DNA of 64,000 bases from Polyangiaceae bacterium (GCA_019637265.1 JAHBVY010000010.1:2151-66150); one strand, 5' to 3'. Counted from the stretch's first letter, positions 1 through 10,348 are shown. Translations and numbers: made by a program. Notes: a model not told the origin generated them from the sequence alone.

Positions 1-10
1 GGACCACTCA

Positions 11-304
11 TTGCTGGACCGCATCCGCGCCTTGTTAGACGAGCACCTGGTCGATGAAGCACCTCTGCCTCGGCTCTACGCCACACCTGAAGGCGGAGTC
101 GAAGCGGAGTGGCTCATCGGTCGGCTCGACCTGTCGATCGAGTTCGATCCAGTGGACCTGGTCATCGAATGGCACGCGCTAGACCTCGACACCGGGCAGG
201 TCAACCACAAGCACTTCCCGTTCGACGACTTTCAGGTGCTTGGACAGGCCATGCACGCGTTCTTCTCCGATAAAGCGGTGGATGACGGCGAGGTCGCCCC
301 ATGA
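11..304 (+). CDS. hypothetical small protein (97 aa); upstream partner of an overlapping gene pair
   Basis: Complete ORF whose stop overlaps the next start (ATGA at 301-304). GC is slightly lower than the window average. No motif recognised. Confidence 0.35.
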   Translation: MLDRIRALLDEHLVDEAPLPRLYATPEGGVEAEWLIGRLDLSIEFDPVDLVIEWHALDLDTGQVNHKHFPFDDFQVLGQAMHAFFSDKAVDDGEVAP

Positions 305-675
305 ACCCAGTCACCCTGCTCTGGCGTCAGATTCATCCATCCTTTCTTGAGGGCGAACAGCCGGGGAGCCAGGCGTTTCGCCCTACGCCGAAGGACCGCG
401 ACCGCCTGTCATTCGACGACGGGAGCCGCATTGAAGCAGAGGCCTCGTGTCGCCGTTTTACCGAGCTGCGCGGCCTACGATCGGTCGGTGTCCTTGGCGT
501 GCAGGTCGTCGAGTGCACCAGCGAAGGCCTGCTCGTCGAGCCTGACGGCAGTCCGGACCCCGAGCATGTTTCAGTCGACTTCCATGGAAAGTCAAACAGC
601 GAGCGGAAGACCATCTCAAAGAAGCTACGTGATCTCGCGATGAAGCGCGGATGGCAGTTCATTGCATCGGAATGA
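301..675 (+). CDS. hypothetical protein (124 aa); possible toxin-antitoxin-like pair with 11..304
   Basis: The 4-bp start/stop overlap with the upstream small ORF is typical of two-gene TA-like modules. No catalytic motif recognised. Confidence 0.35.
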   Translation: MNPVTLLWRQIHPSFLEGEQPGSQAFRPTPKDRDRLSFDDGSRIEAEASCRRFTELRGLRSVGVLGVQVVECTSEGLLVEPDGSPDPEHVSVDFHGKSNSERKTISKKLRDLAMKRGWQFIASE

Positions 676-690
676 ACTGTCGCTGATGGG

Positions 691-1671
691 TCACAGCTTC
701 ACGTCGTAGCTCAGCTCGAGGCGCTCTTTTACCTCGCGATCGTAGGCTGCTTGGAAGCTTTGTGAGAGTGACTGACGATCTACGGGCTCGGGGAGCACGC
801 GGAGCGCCATCACCAAGTCTTGCATCATCTCGCGCGCGGAGTTGAAGCGCTCTTCGGGGCGCCGCGCGAGGGAGCAGTGCACGATCTGGGTGAGCGCGAG
901 CGGGAGATCGGGGCGATCCACGCTGAGCATCGGCACGCGCGCCTCGCGGATCAGGTCCACCACCTCGATGTCCGTCTTGGCGTCGAACAGCCGCCGACCT
1001 GACAAGACCTCCCACAGCACCACGCCGAGGCTGAATAGATCGCTCTGCGCGCTGGGGTTCACCCCCAAGACCAGCTCCGGCGCCAGGTAGCTGAGCTTGC
1101 CCTTCACGATGTCGGGCTGCGTCATGCGGCCGCGGTCCATCGCGCGCGCCATGCCAAAGTCAGCCAATTTAACGATGCCGCTCAGGTCGAGCAGCACGTT
1201 GTCCGGCGTCAAATCCCGGTGAAAAATAGCGGCGGGCTCACCCCGATCGTCCACCCGGGTGTGCGCGGCGTCCAGCGCCGCCAGCACCTGCACCGCCACC
1301 TCCGCCACGATCTGCCACGGCGGGCGCAGCGAAGCGCGCGTGAAGGCGCGGCTCCACTCGCCGAGCTGCAGCCCCAGCACGAGCTCGGTCACCAAGAACG
1401 GCTCACCCGCTTCATCCACCCCGAAGTCGTGCACCTGAACCACCCCAGGGTGGCGCAGCCCCGCGCCCACGCGCGCCTCCTCGATGAACAGCTGCCGCAG
1501 GTGATACTGCCCCATGAACCCAGGGTGCATGCGCTTCACGGCGACCGGCAGCGCGAAACCGTCAGGTCCATGGTTGAGCGCACGCCACACCACCGCCATC
1601 CCGCCCTGACCCAGCCTCGAGATGAGCTCGTACTTGCCGACGAGCCGCTTGCCTGGGTGGTCCTCCGCCAT
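691..1671 (-). CDS. Hanks-type serine/threonine protein kinase
   Basis: Gly-rich loop 'LGQGGMAVVW', 'VAVK', catalytic loop 'HRDLTPDNVLL', 'DFGMA', and APE-like 'SYLAPE' motif. Confidence 0.9.
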   Translation of the reverse strand: MAEDHPGKRLVGKYELISRLGQGGMAVVWRALNHGPDGFALPVAVKRMHPGFMGQYHLRQLFIEEARVGAGLRHPGVVQVHDFGVDEAGEPFLVTELVLGLQLGEWSRAFTRASLRPPWQIVAEVAVQVLAALDAAHTRVDDRGEPAAIFHRDLTPDNVLLDLSGIVKLADFGMARAMDRGRMTQPDIVKGKLSYLAPELVLGVNPSAQSDLFSLGVVLWEVLSGRRLFDAKTDIEVVDLIREARVPMLSVDRPDLPLALTQIVHCSLARRPEERFNSAREMMQDLVMALRVLPEPVDRQSLSQSFQAAYDREVKERLELSYDVKL

Positions 1672-1750
1672 GCCCTTTCAGAGTCTAGCCGTCTCAGCGA
1701 GGAGCGTCGCAGGGTGACCCATCAGCGACGCCGGGGAGACAGGCAGCGGG

Positions 1751-2116
1751 GTGGGTGTGCAGCCTCTGGGCATGCGGAAGATCAGGATGGAGGCGGAGGC
1801 GCGGAGGTGCCTCGCGCAGGTTGAGGCGTCAGGGCGGTCGCTCGCGGGGTGGGCGCGGGCTCATGGTGTCGACGTGCAGTCGCTGTATGGGTGGCGGAGG
1901 GCGCTCAAGCAGCGCGCAGACGGCTACTCAAGGGTGACCGGTGAGGGGGTGTCGCCGCCGACGTTCGTCGAGCTGGTGGCGGCGCCCGAGGGGCGCGACG
2001 TGCCTGACACGGCTGCTCGGTACGTCGTGTGCCTGGAGGGGGCGCGCATCGAGGTGGATGACTCGTTCCGCGCCGACACGTTGGCGCGGCTGGTGAGAGC
2101 GCTGCGCGCGTGCTGA
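1751..2116 (+). CDS. tnpA: IS66 family accessory protein TnpA
   Basis: Small helix-turn-helix-like ORF ('GRSLAGWARAHGVDVQSLYGWRRAL') in first position of an IS66 tnpA-tnpB-tnpC set. Its stop overlaps the tnpB start. Confidence 0.75.
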   Translation: MGVQPLGMRKIRMEAEARRCLAQVEASGRSLAGWARAHGVDVQSLYGWRRALKQRADGYSRVTGEGVSPPTFVELVAAPEGRDVPDTAARYVVCLEGARIEVDDSFRADTLARLVRALRAC

Positions 2117-2469
2117 GCTTGCCGCCGACGTGGCGCGTGTTCGTGGCGGTGGAGCCGTGCGACATGCGTCGGTCGTTCGATGGGCTGGCGGGCGCTGTTC
2201 GAGCGCTTGGGCTCGATCCGGTGAGTGGGCACGTCTACTTGTTCTTCAATCGGCGACGACGGCTCGCGAAGGCGTTGTGGTTCGATGGCTCGGGCTGGTG
2301 CTTGCTCAGCAAGCGGCTCGAGCAGGGCAGCTTCCAGCTCCCGCGGCTGAGCGGCGACGAGAAGACGGTCGCCATCAACGGCGCGGCCTTCGCCTCCCTG
2401 CTCGCCGGCATCGACTTCACCGTCGCCAGGCGCGGGTGGTTCCGCGCGGAGAGCACTTCGCGTCGATAG
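2110..2469 (+). CDS. tnpB: IS66 family TnpB (Orf2)
   Basis: Characteristic IS66 Orf2 motif 'PCDMRRSFDGLAGAV...VYLFFNRRRRLAKALWFDGSGWCLLSKRLEQG'. Confidence 0.85.
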   Translation: MLSLPPTWRVFVAVEPCDMRRSFDGLAGAVRALGLDPVSGHVYLFFNRRRRLAKALWFDGSGWCLLSKRLEQGSFQLPRLSGDEKTVAINGAAFASLLAGIDFTVARRGWFRAESTSRR

Positions 2470-2509
2470 GGGATCGACATCCAAGATCAGGTGTGATCGG
2501 GTAGCGCCC

Positions 2510-4042
2510 GTGACCACCGCGGACTACCTCGCTGAGCTCGCCAGGCGCGACGCGGAGCTGAGTGTCATCCGTGCGGAAAATGCACGTCAGGCGAAACTCA
2601 TCGAGAGCCTGACTGAGCAGCTGGTGGCGCTGACGGAGCGGATCGCTGAGCTTATCGCCGCCGTTGAGCGCAAAAAAGGCAAACCCCCGATCCCGAAACC
2701 CGTCGCGCCAGCGACATTGACTGAGGCAGAGCGCAAGGCGTTCGAGAATCGTCCGCGCCCACCCGAGAAGCCGCTCGAGCCGAAGAAGCCCAAGCAGCGC
2801 GCCAAGCCCACGGGGCGCAAGCCGCTGCCAAAGCACCTGCCCGAAGAGGTGCACCACCTGAGGCCCACAGCCTGCGACCACTGCGGTGAAGCAGCGCTCG
2901 ATCAGGTAGACGAGGTGACTGAAGAGAAGCTGCACGTCGTCAAGGAGCACCAGCGGCGGCGCGTCGTCACGCGTGTCACTTGCCGCTGCCGGAAGTGTGG
3001 CGAGCGTACGACTCCTGCGTCACTGCCCGCGCCGTTTCCACGCTCGAAGATCACGGGAGAGTGGCTCGCTTGGCTGATGCATCAGAAGTTCTCGCTGCTC
3101 GTGCCGCTCGATCGCGTGCGCCGCGATCTCAAAGAGCGCGGCATCGCCATGGCGATGAGCACGCTGGTCAGCTACGTGGAGCGCGCTGCTGATCTGCTCG
3201 CGGCGATCGATGGCTACCACTGGAAGCAGCTGCTTGCTGGGCGTTGGATGGCGACGGACGCGACGGGCCTCAAGGTGCTGGTGAAGGGCTTGCCCGAAGC
3301 TCATAACGGCTACCTTGAGCAGTTTCACAACCATGAAGCCGTGGTGTTTCAGTACGCGGCGACGAAGCATGGCGAGGGCATCGAGAGCAAGCTCGCTGGT
3401 TTCCGCGGGACGCTCACCGCGGACGCTGAGCATCGCCTGAATGGCGTGTACGGTGAGCACGTGCTCGAAGCGGGCTGCAACGCCCACGCGCGTCGGAGGT
3501 TCCGGGACGCGGAGGCGACGCAGCCAGCGCTCGCGCTCGAGGGAGGGAAGTTCATCGGCGCGATGTACGGCGTCGAGGAAGACGCCCGGAAGGAAGGGCT
3601 CACGGGGAAGGCGCTGCTCGCGCGGCGCCGCGAGCGCGCCGGGCCGATCGCCAAGGAGTTTGACGAGTGGCGGGCGGCCACGCTCCCAGGCTTGTTGCCG
3701 AGTGAGCCCTTGGCGCAGGCGATTCGATACTACGATCGGCACCGTGAAGCGCTGCTGCGTTTCCTCGAGGATCCAGAGGTGCCGCTCGACAACTCCGCCA
3801 CCGAGCGGCGGTTTCAACACGTCGCCAAGCTGCGCCTGAACATGCTCTTCGCGGGCAGCACCGAGGGGGCGCACCGAGCCTGCGTGCTGCTGGGCGTCTC
3901 CGCGACCTGTCGCACCATGGGCGTGAATTTCGAGCAGTACCTCGCCTGGGCCTTCGAGCGCTTGGGTACGCACCGCGAGCGCTTCGGCCTGCCGGTGAGC
4001 GAGCTGACGCCAGCGGCGTTTAAGCTGACGCTGGGCGGCTGA
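2510..4042 (+). CDS. tnpC: IS66 family transposase TnpC
   Basis: N-terminal leucine-zipper/coiled coil, CxxC...CxxC zinc finger ('CDHCGE...CRKCG'), and a DDE transposase core ('WMATDATGLKV...', 'DNSATERRF'); 510 aa. Confidence 0.9.
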   Translation: MTTADYLAELARRDAELSVIRAENARQAKLIESLTEQLVALTERIAELIAAVERKKGKPPIPKPVAPATLTEAERKAFENRPRPPEKPLEPKKPKQRAKPTGRKPLPKHLPEEVHHLRPTACDHCGEAALDQVDEVTEEKLHVVKEHQRRRVVTRVTCRCRKCGERTTPASLPAPFPRSKITGEWLAWLMHQKFSLLVPLDRVRRDLKERGIAMAMSTLVSYVERAADLLAAIDGYHWKQLLAGRWMATDATGLKVLVKGLPEAHNGYLEQFHNHEAVVFQYAATKHGEGIESKLAGFRGTLTADAEHRLNGVYGEHVLEAGCNAHARRRFRDAEATQPALALEGGKFIGAMYGVEEDARKEGLTGKALLARRRERAGPIAKEFDEWRAATLPGLLPSEPLAQAIRYYDRHREALLRFLEDPEVPLDNSATERRFQHVAKLRLNMLFAGSTEGAHRACVLLGVSATCRTMGVNFEQYLAWAFERLGTHRERFGLPVSELTPAAFKLTLGG

Positions 4043-4275
4043 GGGGTTGGGGGCCGCTGGCTGCGGCGGGAGGCACACTCAGGCGCGGGGTGCATCCCGG
4101 TGTCGCTGATCGGTCACGTCGCAGGATCTTGAAACACGCGCAGAAAAGCGCGCTCCAGGCGCCGAGAGCGCGATCGCGCGGCGCAGAAACGCGTTCGAGG
4201 GCTTGGGGGTGCGGCAAGCGACGTGCCACGTGGCGCGCTGCTTCGACGTCAAAGGCTCAGCGTACGCTGCCCGCT

Positions 4276-7200
4276 TCACGCGACGAAGCGCCGCGCGTTG
4301 CGGAACAGGCGCAGCCAGGGGCTCTCGTCAGCGTCCCAGTCTGTTGGGCACCAGGAGAGCTGCACGGAGCGGACCACGCGCTCTGGGTGCGGCATCATCA
4401 AGGTCACGCGCCCATCGGCGCTGCACACCCCGGTGACGCCGCCGGGTGAGCCGTTCGGGTTCTCCGGGTAGCGCGCCGCGACCTCACCCGCAGGCGTGAC
4501 GAAGCGAAGCGCCACCTGCGGAGACAATCGCTCGAGCGCCGCGGCGTCCAGCTCCGCGCGGCCCTCGCCGTGCGCCACGGACACCGGCAGGCGGCTCCCT
4601 GCCATCCCCGCGAGCAGCACCGAAGGCGACTCGCAGATCTCCACCAAGCTGAGGCGCGCCTCGAACTGTTCGCTCGCGTTCCTGACGAAGCGCGGGAGCG
4701 AGGCGCCGCCCGGGATCAGCTCCCGCAGGTTGCTCAGCATCTGACAGCCGTTGCACACCCCGAGGCTGAATGTATTTCCCCTATGAAAAAACTCGGAGAA
4801 GCAGCGCCGGAGCGCCTCGCGATGCAAGATCCGCTTCGCCCAACCCCCGCCCGCGCCCAGCACGTCGCCGAAGGAGAAGCCGCCGGGCACCACGAGCCCA
4901 CGGAAGCGCGACAGGTCAGGCGCTTGAATCAAGTCGCTCATGTGGACGTCCACGGCGCGAAAGCCCGCGCGCTGGAACGCCGCCGCCATCTCGAGCTGAC
5001 CATTGACGCCCTGCTCGCGCAAAATGGCGACCTGGGGCCGCTCCGCCGCCTGCGAGGTGTAGGGCCGCGCGACGTCCTCCTTCGGGTCGAAGGAGAGCCG
5101 CGCCGAGAGCGGCGCCCGCGTCAGGAGCCCTTCCTGTTCTTCACGCACCACCTCGGCGTTGTCGCGCAGCTGCTGCATGCGGCAGCTGAGCTCCGACCAC
5201 CACGCGCGGAGCGTCTTCACCGGCTGCGCGTACACGAGCTCTGAGCCCATGCGCACCTGGAGCTGCCCCGCGCCCTCGCCCGTTTGCACCGGCACGCCTA
5301 TCACCTGGGTGAAGCGCTCAAGCCCGCGCCGGGAGACACGCTCCAGCACCTCCGTCAGCTTGTCTGACTGCACCTGGAGCACGGCGCCCAGCTCCTCCGC
5401 GAACAGCGCGCGCAGCACCTCGGCGTCACCCTGAGCGCCCACGCCGCTCGGCGCTGGCAGCTCAACGCTGAGCCCCACGTCCGCCGTGAAGGCCATCTCA
5501 CACAGCGTCACGAACAGCCCCCCGTCGCTCACGTCGTGATACGCGAGCAAGAGCCCCTCAGAGACGAGCTCATGGGTCAGCTCGAACAGCGCCGCGAGCC
5601 GCGCTGGGTCGTCCACGTCGGGCGGCGTGTCACCCACGTGCCCATACACCTGACACAGCGCCGAGCCGCCGAGCCGCCCGGAGCCACCGCTCAAGTCGAT
5701 GTGGAGGAGCACGCTGTCCGCCTCGAGCCGAAGCTCCGGCGTCACGTGACGGCGCACGTCCAGGACCGGCGCGAACGCCGACACCACCAAGGACACCGGT
5801 GAGGTCACCTGATGATGCACTTCACGGCGCTCTCCATCGCGCTCAGCGCCTTCCCCGACATCAGCGCCCTCCGTCCAGCGCGTGCTCATGCTCATCGAGT
5901 CTTTCCCCACGGGAATAGTGAGCCCCAGCGCCGGGCACAGCTCGAGCCCCACCGCCTTCACCGCCGCGAACAGCGCCGCGTCCTCCCCTGGGTGCCCCGC
6001 CGCGCACATCCAGTTGGCGCTGAGCTTCACCTCACGGAGCGAGCCCACGCCAGCCGGAGCCAGGTTCGTCAGCGCCTCGCCCACGCAGAGCCGCGCCGAC
6101 GCCGCCGCGTCGAGCAGCGCCACCTGAGGCCGCTCGCCGAGGCTCATCGCTTCCCCACGGAAACCTTCATGGTCCATCAGGGTGAGCGCGCAGTCAGCCA
6201 CGGGTACCTGCCGTGGCCCCACGAATTGGTCGCGCGCCGTGAGCCCCCCCACCGTGCGATCCCCGATGGTGATGAGGTAGCTCTTGTCGGAGACGGCGGG
6301 CAGCTGGAGCACGCGCTTCGCTGCCTCTTCGAGCCGCACCGCCGTCAGGTCGAACGCGGTGCTCCGGGGCAGCGGCGTGGTCGCCTCTCGCAGCATTTTT
6401 GGGGGTTTGCCTAAGAGCACGCCGAGCGGCAGCTCGATGGGCCGTGCCTCGAAGAGCGCATCGGTGAGCACCAAATCCTGCTCCTCGGTGGCGTACCCGA
6501 CCACCGCGTAGGGGCACCGCTCACGCTCGGCGATCGCCTGAAACAGCGGTAGGCCATCGGGCGCCAGCGCGAGCACGTAGCGCTCCTGCGCCTCGTTGCA
6601 CCACAGCGCCAGCGGCGAGAGCCCCGGCTCGGCGCTCGGCACCTCGCGGAGCTCGAGCCGCGCGCCGCGACCCGAGTCGTTCACCAGCTCGGGCAGCGCG
6701 TTGGAGAGGCCGCCCGCGCCCACGTCGTGGATGCTGTGGATGGGGTTCTCGTCCCCCAGCGACACCAGGCGATCGATCACCTCCTGACAGCGCCGCTGCA
6801 TCTCCGGGTTGTCACGCTGCACCGAGGCGAAATCGAGCGCCTCCGAGCCCGCGCCGGAGCTGAGGCTGCTCGCGGCGCCGCCGCCGAGGCCGATCAACAT
6901 CGCGGGCCCGCCGAGCACCAGGAGCGGCGCGCCCGGCGGGATGTTCTGCTTGAGCGCCAGCTCCGCCCGCACGTTGCCGATTCCGCCGGCGAGCATGATG
7001 GGCTTGTGGTAGCCGCGCACCTCGGGCTCCCCATTCACGTGTGGGAACTCGAGCTCCAGGCTCCGCATGGTGCCGAGCAGGCAGGGCCGCCCGAACTCGT
7101 TGTTGTAAGCCGCCGCGCCGAGCGGCGCCTCCAGCATGATGGTGAGCGGGCTCGCCATCCGGCTCGGCGGCGGCAGCGAGCCCGCCTCCCACGGCTGCTC

Positions 7201-8331
7201 GAAGCCGGGGACGCACAGGTTGGAGACGGTGAAGCCGACCAGCCCCGCCTTCGGCTTCGCGCCGCGCCCCGTAGCGCCCTCGTCGCGGATCTCCCCGCCG
7301 GAGCCAGTGGCCGCGCCGGGGAAGGGTGAGATGGCCGTGGGGTGGTTGTGCGTCTCCACCTTGATCAGGCTGTGGAGCAGGGCGCGCTCGGTTTGGTACT
7401 CAAAGCTGACTGGGTCGATGAAGAGCCGCGCGCTCTCGGCGCCGACCATCACCGCCGCGTTGTCACGGTAGGCGCTCACCACGTGATCGGGCGTCACCTG
7501 GTGAGTGTTCCGAATCATCTGGAACAAGCTGTGCGCCATGGGCTCGCCGTCGATCACCCAGCTGGCGTTGAAGATCTTGTGGCGGCAGTGCTCGCTGTTC
7601 GCCTGCGCGAACATCATCAGCTCCACGTCCGAGGGGTCACGCCCCAGCGCGTGGAACGCCTGAGCCAAATACTCCATCTCATCGGGCGCCAGCGCCAGGC
7701 CCAGCTCCTGGTTCGCGCGCTGGAGCGCCGAAGCCCCCGAAGCCACGTCGCCGCCGAGCGCCACGCGCTGGAACGAGCTCGGCGCGTGCTGCACGAACAG
7801 CGCCGCGAGATCCGGCTCCTGGCTCAGCACCACCTCCGTCATCCGATCGGAGAGCAGCCCGTCCACCGCCGCGAGCTCAGAGTCAGTCAGGTCACCTTCT
7901 AAATAGTAGGCCACGCCGCGCTCGATGCGCTGAAGCGCCGTGAGGCCGGCGCCGTGCGCGATGTCCGTCGCCTTGCTCGACCAAGGCGAGAGGGTGCCGA
8001 GCCGCGGCACCACGAGCCGCAGCCGGCCGGTTCGCGAGGCAGGCGGCAGCGCCGGCCCGTAGCTGAGCAGGCTGAGCAGCACCTCGGTTCCGCGCGGATC
8101 CAGCTCAGCGCCGTGCGTGAGCCGCGCCACGTGGACGTACTCCGCGGAGAGGCTCGTCACCCGCGGACAAGCCCGCTGCACCACGGTGGTCAGGCGCTCA
8201 CGTCGGAAGGGGCTCAGCGCCGGCGGACCGTAGAGCACTCGGAGCGCGCTCGGATCGACGTCGGGCGCGAGCCGCGAACGCTCACGGAGGGTGCGGAGGA
8301 TCGAGCGACCAGCGGCGTGAGTGTCCGTCAC
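4276..8331 (-). CDS. purL: phosphoribosylformylglycinamidine (FGAM) synthase, large single-chain form
   Basis: 1351-aa ORF. The N-terminal region matches PurL, the central region has the AIR-synthase-related/PurM-like repeat, and the C-terminal glutaminase domain carries the catalytic 'GVCNGCQML'. Confidence 0.95.
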   Translation of the reverse strand: MTDTHAAGRSILRTLRERSRLAPDVDPSALRVLYGPPALSPFRRERLTTVVQRACPRVTSLSAEYVHVARLTHGAELDPRGTEVLLSLLSYGPALPPASRTGRLRLVVPRLGTLSPWSSKATDIAHGAGLTALQRIERGVAYYLEGDLTDSELAAVDGLLSDRMTEVVLSQEPDLAALFVQHAPSSFQRVALGGDVASGASALQRANQELGLALAPDEMEYLAQAFHALGRDPSDVELMMFAQANSEHCRHKIFNASWVIDGEPMAHSLFQMIRNTHQVTPDHVVSAYRDNAAVMVGAESARLFIDPVSFEYQTERALLHSLIKVETHNHPTAISPFPGAATGSGGEIRDEGATGRGAKPKAGLVGFTVSNLCVPGFEQPWEAGSLPPPSRMASPLTIMLEAPLGAAAYNNEFGRPCLLGTMRSLELEFPHVNGEPEVRGYHKPIMLAGGIGNVRAELALKQNIPPGAPLLVLGGPAMLIGLGGGAASSLSSGAGSEALDFASVQRDNPEMQRRCQEVIDRLVSLGDENPIHSIHDVGAGGLSNALPELVNDSGRGARLELREVPSAEPGLSPLALWCNEAQERYVLALAPDGLPLFQAIAERERCPYAVVGYATEEQDLVLTDALFEARPIELPLGVLLGKPPKMLREATTPLPRSTAFDLTAVRLEEAAKRVLQLPAVSDKSYLITIGDRTVGGLTARDQFVGPRQVPVADCALTLMDHEGFRGEAMSLGERPQVALLDAAASARLCVGEALTNLAPAGVGSLREVKLSANWMCAAGHPGEDAALFAAVKAVGLELCPALGLTIPVGKDSMSMSTRWTEGADVGEGAERDGERREVHHQVTSPVSLVVSAFAPVLDVRRHVTPELRLEADSVLLHIDLSGGSGRLGGSALCQVYGHVGDTPPDVDDPARLAALFELTHELVSEGLLLAYHDVSDGGLFVTLCEMAFTADVGLSVELPAPSGVGAQGDAEVLRALFAEELGAVLQVQSDKLTEVLERVSRRGLERFTQVIGVPVQTGEGAGQLQVRMGSELVYAQPVKTLRAWWSELSCRMQQLRDNAEVVREEQEGLLTRAPLSARLSFDPKEDVARPYTSQAAERPQVAILREQGVNGQLEMAAAFQRAGFRAVDVHMSDLIQAPDLSRFRGLVVPGGFSFGDVLGAGGGWAKRILHREALRRCFSEFFHRGNTFSLGVCNGCQMLSNLRELIPGGASLPRFVRNASEQFEARLSLVEICESPSVLLAGMAGSRLPVSVAHGEGRAELDAAALERLSPQVALRFVTPAGEVAARYPENPNGSPGGVTGVCSADGRVTLMMPHPERVVRSVQLSWCPTDWDADESPWLRLFRNARRFVA

Positions 8332-8381
8332 GCCGGCGCCTTACACCATCGCCCAGAGGTGCACTAGCCGCGAGGGCAGCC

Positions 8382-8843
8382 TCAGCCGTTCAAGCGCTTC
8401 ACCGTGGCGAGCGCCTCCTCCACGTGCGCCCCGGCGTTGAGCATCGAGCTGAACACGTGCTGCACCCGCCGCTCACGGTCGATCACGAAGGTGACGCGTC
8501 CATCGATCAAGCCCAGCGCCTTCTTGATGCCGAACTGCGCGCGCACCCGGCCACCTGGATCGCTCAGCAAGACGTACTCGAGCGCGTGCTTGCCCGCAAA
8601 CGCCTGATGGCTCGCCACGCTGTCCGAGCTGATGCCCACCACCGTCGCGCCGTGCTCCACGAACACCGCGTGCGAGTCACGGAACTGACAAGCCTCCGCG
8701 GTGCACACCCGCGTGTTGTCCTTCGGGTAAAAGAACAGCACCACCGACCCCTGCTGCACCTGCTCCGCCAGCGACCACGGCTCCCCCGCCTGCGTCTCTA
8801 ACGTGAACTCGGGCGCCAGCTCTCCCACCTTCAGCTCTGCCAT
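8382..8843 (-). CDS. bcp: thiol peroxidase / peroxiredoxin Bcp (AhpC/TSA family)
   Basis: 'FTLETQAGEPWSL...VVLFFYPKDNTRVCTAEACQFRD' carries the peroxidatic Cys in a PxxxTxxC context. The start is placed at the internal ATG (MAELKVG), because the 159-codon upstream in-frame extension is low-complexity and non-coding-like. Confidence 0.85.
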   Translation of the reverse strand: MAELKVGELAPEFTLETQAGEPWSLAEQVQQGSVVLFFYPKDNTRVCTAEACQFRDSHAVFVEHGATVVGISSDSVASHQAFAGKHALEYVLLSDPGGRVRAQFGIKKALGLIDGRVTFVIDRERRVQHVFSSMLNAGAHVEEALATVKRLNG

Positions 8844-9087
8844 CCCTGCGCCATGCGGGCGCACCACCGCGCGGTCAAGCCCCGCCAGCTGGCGTGGCGC
8901 TCCGCGGCGCACGACGGAGGCGCATTGCTGCACGGGAACGGGAGAAGGGCTGGTGCCGTCCCCAGCGGCCTCCTCGCGGCTGTTCAGGGTTTCGGGTTGG
9001 GGGGGTTGGGGAGCTCCAGGGGTCGATGACACCACCATTTGTCCAATGATTTCGCGTAGTTCGAGTCGGCCTACGGAAATCAGCAAC

Positions 9088-9121
9088 CACTGAACAGAAA
9101 CCACTGGTGTTTTGTTCAGTG
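9088..9121. promoter_or_regulatory. 34-bp near-perfect palindrome (candidate operator) in the divergent bcp / 9319 promoter region
   Basis: CACTGAACAGAAACCACTGGTGTTTTGTTCAGTG has 9-bp arms CACTGAACA / TGTTCAGTG. It lies in a locally AT-rich stretch between the divergent genes bcp (minus) and ORF 9319 (plus). Confidence 0.4.
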
Positions 9122-9318
9122 ACCCGCTAGGGTTGCTCTCACGTCGCGGGCTCGCGTGCCAGCGCAACCACCCGCGGCGGTCTTTGTCGGCCCTGTCTGT
9201 CCCAACCCCCAACCCGATCCCCAAGCTGGATCCCCAACCCACCAACCCACCAGGCCGCGGCGAGGCCTTGCTCTTGGAAGCGCAGTCCCTCGCCCAGGCT
9301 TCTTCATTGGAGTGAGTC

Positions 9319-9582
9319 ATGCGCGTGCGTCATTATCGTGTCTCCGCTGAGGCGGCCCCGGTCGATTTCTTCGCCGATCCAGACGGCGACTGGAGCTATG
9401 AGGCCTTGATCGAAGCCGCGGGCATCCACCCCGGCGCCGTGCCCCCCGGCGTGCTGATCGGCGCGCTGGCACGTCCTTGGCGTGGCCATCCGGAGGGCGC
9501 CGCCATCGTCAGCTTCGTCGCTGATGAGCGGCCGCGGCTGTGCGTCGTGGAGCACCAAGGTGCCGACCAGCGCGCGGCTTAA
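9319..9582 (+). CDS. hypothetical protein (87 aa)
   Basis: ATG is preceded by a good Shine-Dalgarno sequence (GGAGTGAG). No motif recognised. Confidence 0.4.
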   Translation: MRVRHYRVSAEAAPVDFFADPDGDWSYEALIEAAGIHPGAVPPGVLIGALARPWRGHPEGAAIVSFVADERPRLCVVEHQGADQRAA

Positions 9583-9763
9583 AAGGACGACAAGCAGAAG
9601 CCCGTACGCGCCGGGCGTTCCCCGCTCCGCGGTGGCACCAATCAACGCGCGGCGTAATGGGCGCGCCGCGCCAGCGTAGCGCCTGGTGCCACCACGCGAC
9701 GCCTCTGGTGGCGCGCCGGCGTGGCACCTTGTGGCGCGCCAGCGCTGACGCTAGACAGCGCCC

Positions 9764-10243
9764 GTGGCTAACCCGACTGAGCTCGCTCCGCTGCCTGAGT
9801 CGCTGCAAACGGCGATCGATCGGCTCACGGATGAGGGCAATGAGCTGCACGAAGCAGGCGAGCTCGCTCAGGCGCTCGAGCGCTTCACGGCGGCGCTCGC
9901 GCGCTTCCCGGAGCCAGCGGAGGCCTATCAGGGTGGCGCCGCGGTGATCGCCGCCATCGCCGACCTTCATTTTTCCATGCGGGATTTTACGGCGGCGCGC
10001 GCCGGCTTCCTGCGCGCTCGGGCGGCGGAGGAGGGGGGCGAAGACAGCCCTTGGCTCTCGCTGCGCCTGGGGCAGATCGAGCTGGAGCTGGGTGAGAGCG
10101 CGGAGGCGCACCTCGGGCACGCGCTGCGCGCCGGGGGTCCCGAGCTGTTCGATGAGGAGGATCCGAAGTATTTCGCCTTCATCACCGCGCGGGTGCCTCC
10201 GCCCGCGGGCTGCGAGCGGTGGGAAGACGCGCGCCTTGGCTGA
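9764..10243 (+). CDS. hypothetical protein with TPR-like helical repeats
   Basis: Helical Ala/Leu/Glu-rich repeats ('LHEAGELAQALERFTAALARFPEPAEAYQG'). Confidence 0.5.
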   Translation: MANPTELAPLPESLQTAIDRLTDEGNELHEAGELAQALERFTAALARFPEPAEAYQGGAAVIAAIADLHFSMRDFTAARAGFLRARAAEEGGEDSPWLSLRLGQIELELGESAEAHLGHALRAGGPELFDEEDPKYFAFITARVPPPAGCERWEDARLG

Positions 10244-10348
10244 GCCCTTCCGCTTCGACGCGCCTGTCAGCGCACACCGCGCGCCACGGCGGCGACCCGC
10301 GCGCTCAGGAGACGCGCGCTTTGGCTGAGCCCTTCCGCTTCGACGCGC
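10226..10348. repeat. 85-bp-period direct repeat (two copies of GACGCGCGCYTTGGCTGAGCCCTTCCGCTTCGACGCGC)
   Basis: Copies at 10226..10263 and 10311..10348, in the region where the upstream TPR-like gene ends and the thioesterase gene starts. Confidence 0.7.

Larger units (their letters stand above)
1714..4117 (+). mobile_element. IS66-family insertion sequence, apparently intact (tnpA-tnpB-tnpC)
   Basis: Three ORFs in the canonical IS66 order. Terminal inverted repeats GTGACCCATCAGCGACGCCGGGG (1714..1736) and the reverse complement of TCCCGGTGTCGCTGATCGGTCAC (4095..4117) match at 21 of 23 positions. They are flanked by a perfect 8-bp direct repeat GTCGCAGG (1706..1713 and 4118..4125), and 8 bp is the IS66 target-site duplication size. 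Confidence 0.85.

Noticed and set aside
4090-4471. Short plus-strand ORFs between the IS66 element and purL
   Set aside because: They overlap the IS terminal repeat and purL 3' end, and have Arg/Ala-rich composition and no start context.
8844-9320. 159-codon N-terminal extension of the bcp ORF
   Set aside because: It is low-complexity Pro/Gly/Ser-rich, overlaps the AT-rich promoter and palindrome, and the canonical Bcp N-terminus begins at the internal Met.
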